DNA from: Candidatus Bathyarchaeota archaeon
GTDB lineage: Archaea > Thermoproteota > Bathyarchaeia > Bathyarchaeales > Bathycorpusculaceae
Direction of reading: 5' to 3'
Assembly (NCBI GenBank): GCA_963720565.1
Contig: CAVRFW010000009.1
Location: 128,001-192,000 of the forward strand
Length of the DNA: 64,000 nt
In this document: piece after piece, positions 10,299-21,492 of the stretch
Position numbering within the stretch: the first letter of the stretch is position 1
Layout of the letters: each line of letters begins with the position of its first letter
Notes under the pieces: model-generated
Databases searched by the model: none
What the model saw: the letters and a program-made list of their open reading frames with translations, nothing else
Told to the model about the DNA's origin: nothing
Program-made: the position numbers and the translations under genes

Positions 10299-11135
10299 GT
10301 GTTGATGAAAAACCAAGATGCTTGGTTGGAGATATTCGCGAGTTGCAAAGATAACATCAAAGCGTGTATCAAACCGCATCTCAATACGATCGGCAAACCG
10401 CAGCCTACCTTGGGTATGGGTGCTGGTGGCGACCAAATGAAACCGGTGGATTTAGCCGCGGAAAAAGCAATAGTCGAGACTATTCGACAGTATGATGTTT
10501 CTTTCACTCTCATCAGTGAGGAATCTGGCGTGCAGGAATACGGTAAAACGCCTAAAGAGTGTTATGTCACTGTCGATCCAGTTGACGGTACAACTAATTT
10601 TGTTCGTGGGCTACCGTTCTTCGCTTCGTCGATAGCTGTTTCTTCTGCGCCTGTTCTCTCGGCGGTCTACGCGGGCATAGTAGCGGATCTCGTTCACAAC
10701 ACCGCTTATACTGCGATAAAGGGCAAAGGCGCTTTTTGTAACACAAAGAGGATTTCCTCCTCCACAGTGTCTTCCCTTGACGATGCAGTGATTGGATTAG
10801 ATCTTAACACTAACAATGTTGCTGACATTGCACCGCAGCTAACAAGCCTAATCCAGAAGACAGGACACATCCGCCATTTTGGCGCCAACGCGCTTGAGCT
10901 CTGCTACGTGGCCGAGGGCTTAACTGACGCTTTCGTTGACATCCGCGGGAAACTCCGAACAACCGACGTAGCAGCAGGAATGCTCATACTGAAAGAGGCA
11001 GGCGGAACAGTAACCACACATAAAGATGAAGCTTTTGACGCGAAGCTAGACCCGAAAGAAAGGATAAGATTTGTAGCCTCCGGAAACAAGCAAATACATA
11101 AGTCAATTCTCAATTTGGTAAAGCCAAAATGTTAA
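10299..11135 (+). CDS. suhB: Inositol monophosphatase / FBPase family protein
   Basis: ISEE, DPVDGTTN, DVAAG..ILKEAGG. Confidence 0.9.
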   Translation: MLMKNQDAWLEIFASCKDNIKACIKPHLNTIGKPQPTLGMGAGGDQMKPVDLAAEKAIVETIRQYDVSFTLISEESGVQEYGKTPKECYVTVDPVDGTTNFVRGLPFFASSIAVSSAPVLSAVYAGIVADLVHNTAYTAIKGKGAFCNTKRISSSTVSSLDDAVIGLDLNTNNVADIAPQLTSLIQKTGHIRHFGANALELCYVAEGLTDAFVDIRGKLRTTDVAAGMLILKEAGGTVTTHKDEAFDAKLDPKERIRFVASGNKQIHKSILNLVKPKC

Positions 11136-11971
11136 AGCTACTGCTACCACACCCTGCAGCGCTCATAAAAAATGGGAAAGCAAAGATCATCGTAATAGCT
11201 GATCCGCATTTAGGTTGGGAGACTGGGCTTCAGCAAAAAGGTATCCATATCCCAAGCCAAACACCTAAAATTCTAAAAAATCTCATAACGCTCCTTTCCA
11301 AATACAAACCCGACACGCTGGTGATTTTGGGCGACGTCAAGTACACCGTGGTATCTGCGGAACCGGGCGAGTGGCGAGAGATACCGGAGTTTTTCGAAAA
11401 ACTAGGAAGTCATGTGAATGAAATAGTTGTGGTACGGGGAAATCATGATGCTAACCTCGAACCATTGTTGCCAGAAAACGTCAGAATTCTCCCTGCTACG
11501 GGCACAGTCATAGGCAACGTCGGTCTTTTTCACGGGCACAAGTGGCCCTCTCCACTGCTCTTATCCTGCAAAATCATGATTATGGGGCATCTTCACCCAG
11601 TTATGGTCTTCCGAGACCCGGCGGGATTCAAAATTACCCGCCCGGTTTGGATGAAAGCATCATGCAACACTAGCAAGTTAACCAAGGTTTTACTGCAGAA
11701 GAATGGAGTGAAAATAGAAGGCACGCCTGAATTGACTCTCCTCAGACATTACGATTTCAAGCCGAGGACTGCTCAGATTTTCGTCATGCCTAGTTTCAAC
11801 GATTTTCTCGGCGGCAGACCCATTAATGAAACTCGACCTCGGAAGGAATTGGATAGCGAATCTTTGATCGGTCCCGTGCTGCGTTCCGAAGCAGTGAATG
11901 TTGATGGTTCGGAAATATACCTTCTGGATGGAACATATCTTGGAACCCTCAACCAACTCAGGAAACTGTAG
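11129..11971 (+). CDS. Metallophosphoesterase
   Basis: DPHLG, LGD, GNHD, HGH, GHLHP. Confidence 0.9.
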   Translation: MLKLLLPHPAALIKNGKAKIIVIADPHLGWETGLQQKGIHIPSQTPKILKNLITLLSKYKPDTLVILGDVKYTVVSAEPGEWREIPEFFEKLGSHVNEIVVVRGNHDANLEPLLPENVRILPATGTVIGNVGLFHGHKWPSPLLLSCKIMIMGHLHPVMVFRDPAGFKITRPVWMKASCNTSKLTKVLLQKNGVKIEGTPELTLLRHYDFKPRTAQIFVMPSFNDFLGGRPINETRPRKELDSESLIGPVLRSEAVNVDGSEIYLLDGTYLGTLNQLRKL

Positions 11972-12060
11972 ACTAACGCGGCGGTCTCATGAAAGGAAAA
12001 CGACGTTGCTTCGATACATTTTTTATCTAAAGCTTCTACTGCTCTAGGCGGGAGCCCATA

Positions 12061-13302
12061 TTGGTAAGACTCAAAGGATTTCAGAAACTCACAACTACAA
12101 ATGACGCACTCCAACTCTGGCTTAACACTTTGCGCCTTCAGAAGTCCCAAACAGTTGCGGTGCCTCTGAATGAGGGTTTGGGTCGCGTATTAGCTGAGAA
12201 TATAATTGCCCAGGAAGATTTACCTCGTTTTGACAAATCAGCTGTTGATGGTTACGCGGTAACTGCCAGAAGTACGACTGGCGCGACTCAGTTTAAACCA
12301 TCAACATTTCAGTTAACGGATGCACTAGAAATTACCTCAAAGCAAGCTAGACCTATCTGGACTGGAAATCCGATTCCTAGAGGAGCAGATGCTGTTGTAA
12401 TGATTGAGGATACGAAGAGAATAGATGGTGACCTTGAGGTTTGGGTTCCACTTGTTCCTGGAGAGAATATTTCTAGGAAAGGTGAGGATGTGCAGAAAGG
12501 TGAATGCGTCGCGAAAACTGGAACACGACTGAATCCTTATCATTTGGGTTTGCTTGCTGCTTTGGGTAACGAGAGTGTCAAGGTTTTTGAGAAGCCGAAA
12601 ATAGCTGTATTGGCTACTGGAAGCGAGTTGGCAGAGGTTGGAGCTATTCGTAGGGAGAACCAGATTTTTGATTCAAATAAGACTATGATTTCTGCGATGT
12701 GCAAGGAGCTAGGCGCGGAGCCAGTCAGTTTAGGAATAGCGAAAGATGATGTGAACGAAATTGCTGAGAGAATCAGGGTGGGTCTGCGAGATTGCGATGC
12801 AGTGATAACTTCTGGTGGAACAAGTGTCGGAGGGCACGACCTTGTTCCTGATGCCGTTAACAAGGTCGGAAGCCCAGGTGTTGTCGTTCATGGCGTAGCT
12901 ATGAGACCTGCCATGCCTACAGCCCTTGGAGTACTAGAGAACAAGCCCGTGATGATTCTCTCGGGCAATCCAGTGGCGGCTGTGTTTGGCTTCGAAGTTT
13001 TTGCGCGACCATTAATATCCAAGATGCTTGGTATGAGCGAAGGAGAGTTGAGGCCTTCGATAAAAGCAGTCATGACCCGCAAAGTAGCCACAGCGCTTGG
13101 AAGAAAAACCTTCGTCCGAGTTCGAGTAATAGAGAAAAACGGTGAGTTCTATGCGGAGCCTGTGAGCACTCGCGGTTCAGGTGCGATATCTACGATGACG
13201 CGGAGCAACGGCTTCATTGTAGTTCCTGAGAACAGAGAAGGTGCGAAGGAAGGCGAGCTCGTTACTGTTCACTTATTTGGTCCGGTAGAGGCGGCAAACT
13301 AA
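12061..13302 (+). CDS. moeA: Molybdopterin molybdotransferase MoeA
   Basis: SAVDGYA, TGNPIP, TGSEL, SGGTSVG, LSGNP. Confidence 0.95.
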   Translation: MVRLKGFQKLTTTNDALQLWLNTLRLQKSQTVAVPLNEGLGRVLAENIIAQEDLPRFDKSAVDGYAVTARSTTGATQFKPSTFQLTDALEITSKQARPIWTGNPIPRGADAVVMIEDTKRIDGDLEVWVPLVPGENISRKGEDVQKGECVAKTGTRLNPYHLGLLAALGNESVKVFEKPKIAVLATGSELAEVGAIRRENQIFDSNKTMISAMCKELGAEPVSLGIAKDDVNEIAERIRVGLRDCDAVITSGGTSVGGHDLVPDAVNKVGSPGVVVHGVAMRPAMPTALGVLENKPVMILSGNPVAAVFGFEVFARPLISKMLGMSEGELRPSIKAVMTRKVATALGRKTFVRVRVIEKNGEFYAEPVSTRGSGAISTMTRSNGFIVVPENREGAKEGELVTVHLFGPVEAAN

Positions 13303-13303
13303 C

Positions 13304-14546
13304 ATGTTTAGGCAACTTATGACTTATGAAGAGGCAAAGAAGGCTATTCATGTTCATCTTAAGCCTGAAGCATTAGGTGGAGAGGAGCTTTCTCTGCTGG
13401 AATCACTCTCTCGCGTCTTAATGGAGAACATAACTTCCTCTCTTGATATTCCACCTTTCAACAGATCTACCGTTGACGGTTACGCGGTAGTAGCGGAGGA
13501 TACCTTCGGCGCAGAAGAAAACAAGCCTATAACCTTGAAGGTCTTAGGCGTTGTTAATGTGGGCGAGCTTCCTGAGACTAACCGTTGCAAAGAATGGAAC
13601 CGCGGAAATAGTTACTGGTGCTCCCATCCCCGAAGGCGCAGACGCAGTTGTTATGGTTGAGAACACTGAAAAAGCGGCTGATGAACTTCGCGTTTACACC
13701 GCTGTCGCAAAGAACGAAAATGTGATGAAGAAAGGTGCAGACATAAAAAAAGGCGAAATCATTCTCAAAGCGGGTCAGATTCTGGGTTCCTCGGAGATAG
13801 GGGTTCTAGCCGCTTTGGGATTAACAAAAGTAAAAGTTTTTCGTACACCCGTGGTGGCGGTTCTCTCCACTGGAGGAGAAGTAACTGAACCAGGCATGAA
13901 GTTGCCTCCTGGAAAGATTTATGACATTAACGCGTCCAGCCTCAGCGCTGCGGTCTTGGAGAGCGGGGGGCGACCGGTTTACATGGGTGTGGTTCCAGAT
14001 GATAAAAATGCGTTACGCAAAGCTTTAGAGCATGCTCTTGCTTCTGCGGACATTGTGTTGACTTCTGGAGGGGTTTCAGTAGGGCCGAAAGACATTACGC
14101 CGGAGACTGTCGCTTCTCTGGGTGAACCAGGGTTGATTGTTTGTGGAGTAGCTCTTAAACCTGGCAAACCCTTTACAGCGGCTTTTGCGGGTCGAAAACC
14201 TGTTTTCTCGATGCCTGGGCATCCCACTTCAGCTTTGCTGCTGTTTCATTTGTTTGTACGTCCGGTCATTCAGCTCTTGTCTGGTAGACCTGTACAGGAA
14301 AAAGCGCTTGTTAAAGCTGTGGCGGGTGCCAGAATGTTTTCAGCTAAGGGAAGGCGCACGTTTGTCATGGTTAAGCTGAAACGCGAAGGACCGGATAGAA
14401 TTGTTGCTTTGCCTGTTGAGACCGGAGCTTCGGGTGCAATAACGACTCTCGCGAAAGCTGACGGGTTCGTTGAGATTCCTGAAAACCAGCAGTTCATTGA
14501 TGCTGGAGAAGAAATTTCTGTAGCCCTTCTCAGGACTATTGTCTAG
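13304..14546 (+). CDS. moeA: Second MoeA paralogue, split by one frameshift near 13575
   Basis: ORF 13304-13660 (STVDGYA) continues in ORF 13551-14546 (TGAPIP, SGGVSVG, MPGHP). Confidence 0.9.
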
Positions 14547-14547
14547 T

Positions 14548-14904
14548 CTATGCAGCTTCTGCTCTGCTTTTCAGCGCCAGGTATAAGGTGACAATTAGAG
14601 TTAGTACAGCGTAGGCGATAATCATCAGGCTTACGACCAAGTTGTTTAGTCCGATGAAGTATAGTGTGTAAAGGGAGAGAGTCATGGCAATAATGAACAA
14701 TGCGGCAACTAGCCACATTGCCCAGAATCTATTCTTTAGAAGGCCATATGCAGTGACCAAGCTGAGCGCTCCCGTTAATCCGATGTGCGGAGGAAAATTG
14801 GCGAAAGGCAGTAATACGAGGAATATGATGCCGACCGCAGCGTAGAATATGATTGGCGCTAAGGTTTTGATGTCTGCGGTTTTAAGTTTAGATGCGAATG
14901 ACAC
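14548..14904 (-). CDS. Small 4-TM membrane protein, function unknown
   Basis: Four hydrophobic segments; TATA-like sequence upstream. Confidence 0.7.
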   Translation of the reverse strand: MSFASKLKTADIKTLAPIIFYAAVGIIFLVLLPFANFPPHIGLTGALSLVTAYGLLKNRFWAMWLVAALFIIAMTLSLYTLYFIGLNNLVVSLMIIAYAVLTLIVTLYLALKSRAEAA

Positions 14905-15077
14905 TTTAAATCGCCTTTAACCTATTGCATTAATGGCTCAATTTAAATTTAATGTTTAGCTACTCAGTAAAAGTTCGGAGTTGGTCTTGCTTCATTTCTC
15001 TGAGTAGGTCATGCGTTGTGAGATAGTGAAGCGAAAGAGTTTAGAGGAGCCCCCGTAGAAGACAATATGAAAGAGGC

Positions 15078-15980
15078 TTGGATATGAGTTATTTGGAACT
15101 TTTCGTTTCGCAGTCTAATGTTTTCGGCGGTGTGCAAAAACCTCTCGAGAAGGCTAAGTATGTTATCTTTGGCGTTCCATTTGATGTTACCAGCACATAC
15201 AGAACAGGGGCTCGATTCGGACCCAACGCCATTAGAGAGGCTTCGCTTAATATTGAAACCTTCAGTTTTCGCACGGGTGTAGACCTCGAAGATTTGCTTA
15301 TTCATGACTTGGGCGATTTGCACGTGTCTACTAGTCCTAGGAAAACTGTTGGAATGCTGACGCACGTAGTTGCCGATGTTTTGTCTGCCGGGAAGATGCC
15401 GGTTGCAGTAGGTGGTGAACACACGATTACTCTGGGCGTTCTGAAAGGATTAGGCAGCATCGCCAAGAAAACGGCGATTGTAAGTTTCGATGCCCATCTT
15501 GATCTGCGCCGAGAGTTCCAAGGCTTGACGCTTTCCCACACGACCTTCATGCGCCTAATTAACGAAGAGGTTAAACCTGCAAGAATATTCGAAGTTGGAA
15601 CTAGAGCCGTTTGCAGAGAAGAATTGGACTACGCAAAGAAAGCCGGAGTAGAGTTTATCACTTCTCTGCAACTCAGAAGAGAAGGACCAGAAAAGACTAT
15701 CCAAAACCTCAAGGAAAAACTAGCGCCGTACGATAGCGTCTACTTGTCAGTTGACATGGACGTCTTGGACCCTGCTTTTGCTCCTGCGGTTCAAAATCCA
15801 GAAGCTGGGGGAATCGACACTAACACGCTGATTGATGTTTTGTGTGCATTGTGCGATAAGCGCGTGATTGGATTTGATGTCCTGGAGATTGCGCCCGTTT
15901 ACGATCAGGGAATTTCTGCAGTTGCCGCTGCAAGAATCATGTTTGAAGTGCTGTGTCAGCTGGAAAAGAAGCGAAAATAG
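15078..15980 (+). CDS. speB: Agmatinase
   Basis: GARFGP, GGEH, DAHLD, DMDVLDP. Confidence 0.95.
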   Translation: MDMSYLELFVSQSNVFGGVQKPLEKAKYVIFGVPFDVTSTYRTGARFGPNAIREASLNIETFSFRTGVDLEDLLIHDLGDLHVSTSPRKTVGMLTHVVADVLSAGKMPVAVGGEHTITLGVLKGLGSIAKKTAIVSFDAHLDLRREFQGLTLSHTTFMRLINEEVKPARIFEVGTRAVCREELDYAKKAGVEFITSLQLRREGPEKTIQNLKEKLAPYDSVYLSVDMDVLDPAFAPAVQNPEAGGIDTNTLIDVLCALCDKRVIGFDVLEIAPVYDQGISAVAAARIMFEVLCQLEKKRK

Positions 15981-16010
15981 CGAATGCTGCTGTTGGAATG
16001 CGGCTGAAGA

Positions 16011-18894
16011 CTATTCTATGAATATTGCTGGCTGATAAGGCGTAGCCATCGAAGCTCGCTGCTTAGGATCGTAGCGTTGCGCGTCGTTTTCGTTGTAAAC
16101 CGAGATTTCCGCCTTGAACCGGTCTTTTAGGAAGGGGATGGCTTCTTGGATAATTTCTTTCTCGTTGAGTTCCCTTATCTTTTGGATGTTCCCTTTTCTA
16201 TCGTTGGAGAGCTTCGCTAGTGATTTGATAACGCGTGGGACGAGTCCTGCAATCTCCTTCATGTGCGGCTTCAAATCGGGGTCAGCGGCTAACTCCTTCA
16301 TTATCTCGTTGATTTTCGGGTCTCCGGAAGTCGCTTTCTCTATGACTTTTAGGTATGCTTTCCACTTCCAGGGGGCAGCGGTGTAGAAGCATAGTCTTTT
16401 AGGCGTGATTTTTGTGGCTTTCAAGATGTTGAGTGTGTCGGCGATCATGTCTGTTATGATGTTCTCCTCTTCCTCTGCCTTGACGTCGATTTTGCCCTGT
16501 TCTACTCTGGGCCACTCGGCAAGGGCGATGAATCCCTTCTTTCCTGTTTTGCTCCAGAGCTCTTCGCATACGAACGGTGCGAAAGGAGCCATTAGTCTGA
16601 GCCATATTTCTAGGGCTTCGCGAACTGCTTTGGCTTCTGTTTTTCCTTTTCTTTGAGCGTACCAGCGGAAATCGTTCCAAGTTTCAAACAGTGCATTCTC
16701 TAAGGCTGTACGTGTTTTAAGCTCCTCAAGCGCCGCTGAGACTTGTCCTAATTCGTTGTTGTATTCTGCTGAGCAGCCATTTTTCCATATGCGTGGTTTC
16801 GTCGCTGCTTGCCGTCTCGATTATGTTAATGGCAAAGTTTTGCAGGGCTTCGAATTTGTTTTGGATTTCAGCGGCGTTCTCGCCTCTCCAGTCTGGGTCG
16901 TCCATGCCTTCAGCGCCTAACAACAGGGCGCATCGAGTGGCGTCTGCGCCGTAGCGGTCAACCGCTCCTTTCATTGTTACGAAGTTGCCCTTGGACTTGT
17001 GCATCTGTTTGCCCTCGATCATGAGCATCCCGTTTACACCTACGGCTCGGGGCCAAAGTTCGCGTGGAAACAATGCCGCGTGGTGGAAGATGCAGAAACT
17101 CAGATGGTTAGGCACCAGCTCTTTCGCTGAGACTCTAAGGTCGAAGGGATACCAGTACAGGAATTCTTCTCGCATTTCCTTCAACAGTTCCGTTGATATT
17201 CCAGATTCTTTGCTGACTTGGGCGGTTTCGCCTTTGCCGAAGAAAAGGTAGTCGAAGACTTCGCGCTTTAGCGCCTCAGGTTTTATGTTGTGTTGTCGTA
17301 TGTGTTTGTTTATTGTGTAGAAGGACATGTAGATTGTTGAGTCGCTGAGGGTTTCTATGATCCAGCCTTTTCCCCATGGCAGTGGTGTTCCGAAACCCGT
17401 GGTTCTGGCGCAAGCCCATTCTTTGAGCCAGTCGATTACTGTTATGAACCATTGCCTTGCTGATTCGGGGTAGATGTTCATTTGTGCAACTAGTTCTTTG
17501 GCTTTTTCTTTCCATGCGGAATCGGAGTAGTTCAGGAACCACTGGTCTGAGAGTATTTTAACAATGCATGGTGTCATGCAGCGGCATACCACAGATTCAG
17601 GTAGATCGTACATGCTGTCGGCTGCGCCTATCTTCTTGAAATCCTGTATGAGTATATCTTTGACTTCCCTGACTGTTTTTCCAGCGTACGGTCCACAGTT
17701 TTGCTTCAAGATTCCTCCGTGGAACTCTTTCTTGTAGAGCGTTTTGGTTGCTTCGTCCGCTCTTGGGTCATGTTGGTCTTTGACTCCCATCTGTTCAACC
17801 AGTTCCACTGCGGGGTACTCGCCGAAGCCCTCGACTTGTATGAGCGCAATAGGTTTTATCTGCTTAACAAATTCCGGGTCAATACCGAATTCTTGGAGCA
17901 CTTCAGGTTTTTCCTGCAGGTCTTTTAGTGCGAGCCAATCGTAGGGGGCGTGGGCAGGAACACTGTACACGACGCCAGTAGCCTGGTTCGCGTCGACAAA
18001 CCAGCCTGGCAATATCGGAAACTTGGCTTTTGTGATTGGGTTCTGGAAGCTTTTTCCGATTAGTTCTTTGCCTTTGAACTTGCGTTTCACTTCAACGGTT
18101 CTTTCTTGTTCCTTGAGTTTCTCCGCAGCTTCTTGGCTGACTATCCAGTTTTCCCCATTTACCTTCGCCTCTACATACGTGGCGTCGGGGTTTATCCACA
18201 TGTTTGTTATGCCATAGATAGTTTCAGGTCTAAACGTTGCCGCAGGCAGGAAAGTTCCATCGTCAAGCTTGTACTTTATTAGCGTGTACTCTTCGGGCGT
18301 GACGCCTTCGCCCACTTGGCGGTCATGGTCGCCGGTTGGGCTTTGATCTTTGGGGCACCAGACAACGGGGTGTGTTCCCCTCGTGACGTAACCCAATTCT
18401 CTAAGGCACTTGTATTGCCATTCGATGAATTTCTGGTAGGTTGGCATTATTGTGTTGAATTCTCTTCGCCAGTCAATCGAGAAACCGATACGCCTGGCAA
18501 TTGAGTGTCCTTCGTTAGTGTAATACTGCGCCATGTAAAGCGGGTCAACAAACTTTTTCAGCTCCTCCTCTGGTACGCCATCCATTTCCCGCAATACTCG
18601 AATGTATTCTGCGTCGCCCTTTGCGACGCGTTGGCTTGCCCCCAAAAGTGGTTGTCCAGTCCAGTGCCAAGACCAAGGCCACAGTACGTTGAAGCCTTGC
18701 ATGCGTTTGAAGCGTGCGTAAACGTCTACACGCGACGCTGTGAACGTGTGACCGACGTGCAGCGGACCATTCATGTAAGGATAGGGAAAAGTTACCATGA
18801 TTTTTTTGCGGTTGACGTCTGGGTCTGCTTCAAAAATGTGGGCTTGTTCCCAGCGTTTTAGCCATTTGCTCTCGTTTTCCTTGGTCTGACTCAT
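16011..18894 (-). CDS. leuS: Leucyl-tRNA synthetase (archaeal type), split by frameshift(s) around 16600-16750
   Basis: FPYPYMNGPLHVGH, TFRPET, SVPAHAPYD, IETLSDSTIY, QMHKS; C-terminal part in ORF 16011-16592. Confidence 0.95.
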
Positions 18895-18997
18895 GAAACT
18901 TGTTGAATTAAGTCTATGGCTATTAAGAGTTGTGTTTAAGGCCAACTGCAATTGGAAACGGACCTAAAAAGGTAAATAGCGCTCGCATCAATGAAAT

Positions 18998-20007
18998 ATG
19001 TTTGATGCTCAAATGTCCGATAAGAAGAGCCTCGTGAAACAGACAGTTGCTCTCCTTAGAAAGCGTGGTAAGAAATCTCTGGAAATCGCCCGACGTTCTA
19101 TTGAGCAAGATGAAATTAAGCACCAGCCCCTCGGAGATGCTCTTAGATATTTTGCTGACGAAATGTTCGCTCATATTGGGCACCCTGGCTTGCTCTCAGT
19201 TTACTGCGAAGCAGTAGGTGGCGATCCGGACAAGACAATTCAGATTGGCGCGGCAATGGTTATGCTGGTTTCTGCAGCAGATATTCATGACGATTTAATT
19301 GACGAGTCAACGGTGAAGAATGGCAAGCGAACTCTCTTGGGCAAGTACGGTAAGGACTTAGCGATTCTGGCAGGCGATGCGTTCCTAATGAAAGGCATGT
19401 ATCTCCTTGACGACGCAATGTCGAAATTCTCTATGGACAAGAGAAATGCGGTTCTTAAGTTGATAAAGCAGGCTTTTTTCGACCTCAGTAGTGCTGAAGC
19501 AGAAGAAGCTGCCCTCAGAGGTAACATTGACCTATCGGGACGCGTGTTTTTTGAGCTAATTAAGGGAAAGAGCGCGGTTTCAGAAACAACTGGCAGAATA
19601 GGGGCAGTTCTTGCAGACGGGACAGAAGAAGACTTGCAGACTCTTGGCGAGATAGGTTACATCGTAGGTTTGCTCAGCACGATTAGAGACGAGTTTATAG
19701 ACGTTTTCGAACCCGACGAACTCAAAAACAGGTTTAATAGGGAAATTTTGCCACTTCCTTTGCTTTACGTTTTTCAGGACTCAGCAGAAGAAAAATCGAA
19801 TCTTGGAGTTGTTACGAGAAGACAAAATAACAAAGAAGAATACTGAGCAAATTGTCAGAATTGTAATGGAAGCCAAAGAAACAAAGGACATTGAAGGATG
19901 AGATGCGTTTGCTAATTGAGAGGGGTTTAACTTCCTTGGCAACACTCAGAGGTGAAAAAGAGCCTCTACGACTGCTACTAGAATCCGCAGCGGAAGACCT
20001 ATATTAA
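18998..20007 (+). CDS. Trans-prenyltransferase-fold protein with degenerate chain-elongation motifs (ComQ-like); two apparent frameshifts near 19790 and 19890
   Basis: FARM DDLID, AILAGD, second motif DEFID; C-terminus read manually in other frames as KNRILELLREDK...LLLESAAEDLY* ending at 20007. Confidence 0.8.
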
Positions 20008-20016
20008 TAAGCAACG

Positions 20017-20037
20017 CTCGAAGTAAAAAAATTCGAG
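20017..20037. terminator. Hairpin CTCGAA-N9-TTCGAG containing a T7 tract on the minus strand, between convergent genes
   Basis: 6-bp perfect inverted repeat; A7 at 20025-20031. Confidence 0.55.
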
Positions 20038-20043
20038 GGTATT

Positions 20044-20088
20044 TTACTTCCAGAATTTAACTCTAACCGGAACTTTGGCTTTTTGCAT
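20044..20088 (-). CDS. Unannotated 14-aa peptide MQKAKVPVRVKFWK (candidate prenylated-peptide precursor)
   Basis: ATG at 20088, TAA at 20044; GAGGGG 8 nt upstream; TTTTAAG box at 20137-20131; terminator downstream; no upstream in-frame ATG/GTG/TTG before the TGA. Confidence 0.6.
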   Translation of the reverse strand: MQKAKVPVRVKFWK

Positions 20089-20096
20089 GAATCCTT

Positions 20097-20143
20097 CCCC
20101 TCTTGTGTATATCTGTTGTACAGTATAGAGCTTAAAAGGTTTG
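20097..20143 (-). promoter_or_regulatory. Putative BRE/TATA (AAACC-TTTTAAG) and SD (GAGGGG) of the peptide gene
   Basis: Spacing fits an archaeal promoter with a leader of about 20 nt. Confidence 0.5.
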
Positions 20144-20233
20144 CGTTTGCCTCATGGACTCTGAATCCAATTCTTCAATTCTGAACCTTTATTTTGTGTT
20201 CAAAAACTAGGTATTCAATCGGTAAAAGTCTCA

Positions 20234-21467
20234 ATGCTAAGACGACTACTGTCAGGACTCACTCTAAGAGCTGCGTTTCTGAGTGTAATGATAGTGTCCA
20301 ATGCGTTCGTTTGGTATTACCTTGTAGACGACATTATTGTAGGACTGTCAGCAACACTATCCAATGACTATATTACCCAGTTGCAGATATGGGCAACGTA
20401 TTTTGCCGCGCTCATCGGAGCAGCTTTTGTTGGAGCGCACCTGTCAAGTAGGTTTGAGAGCAAGAAACGATTTCTTTCTATTTGGATGCTTTTGGGAGTC
20501 GTTTTACCTTTTGTTTCCCTTTTGGTCAATCCACAGAACGTTTGGGAGTTAATTCTGCTGGGAATCGGTTTCAGCGTTTCCTTAGGTTTTGGATTGCCCT
20601 GCTGCATGGAGTATTTCACGAGTTATAACTCGGTGGAAACACGCGGGAGAATAAGTGGTTTTGTTTTTCTCTTCACGGGTTTGTGTGTCGTAATGTTGAC
20701 AAGTATTCCAGACGGCGACCTTCTTACACAGACCCTGATTGCTTCAATATGGAGGACTATAGGGTTGCTATCCTTCGGTCTCGTAAAGTCCAGCAAAATC
20801 TAGGGTCTCTGAAGGCAAAGCGACCTCTTATAATTCGATACTCAGGGATCGATCTGTCCTTCTGTACTTAGTTCCCTGGATAATGTTCTCCCTAGTAAAT
20901 TACCTCGCTGCACCAGTATTAGACAGGGTGTTCAGTGACGCGTCGATGGCGGATACTTTAGATACTCTGTCTTTAGTCGAGAACGGCTTAGCAGGAGGCT
21001 TTGCAGTCGTTGGAGGGTTCTTGGCGGATGCAGTCGGACGCAAACGCATGGCAATTACTGGGTTTGTTGCGCTTGGTCTTGGTTATGCAATTTTGGGTAT
21101 ATCACCTTTAGATCTTAATGCGTGGATTTTCCACACTATTGCCGACGGTTTAGCTTGGGGAATGCTGTTAGTGTTGTTTGTTACAACACTGTGGGGTGAT
21201 TTAAGCCACAATACACCAAGCGAAAAGTATTATGCAGTGGGCGTTTTCCCCTTTTTCTTGTCAAGATTTCTTCCTTGGGTAATTAAGGATCAACTCGTTA
21301 ATGCAATTCCTGATTCCGCAATCTTTTCTTTCACAGCCTTCTTCTTGTTCATAGCAGTTCTGCCATTGGTTTATGCGCCTGAGACTCTGCCTGAAAAAGT
21401 CATGAAGAAAAGAGAGCTCACGCTTTATGTCGCGAAAGCTCAGGAAATCGCGGAAAAATACTATTAA
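20234..21467 (+). CDS. MFS transporter, split by frameshift(s) around 20790-20880
   Basis: About 12 TM segments over two ORFs; motif A GFLADAVGRK; C-terminal PETL. Confidence 0.85.
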
Positions 21468-21492
21468 ACTCGTATCTCGTTTACGATAATCC

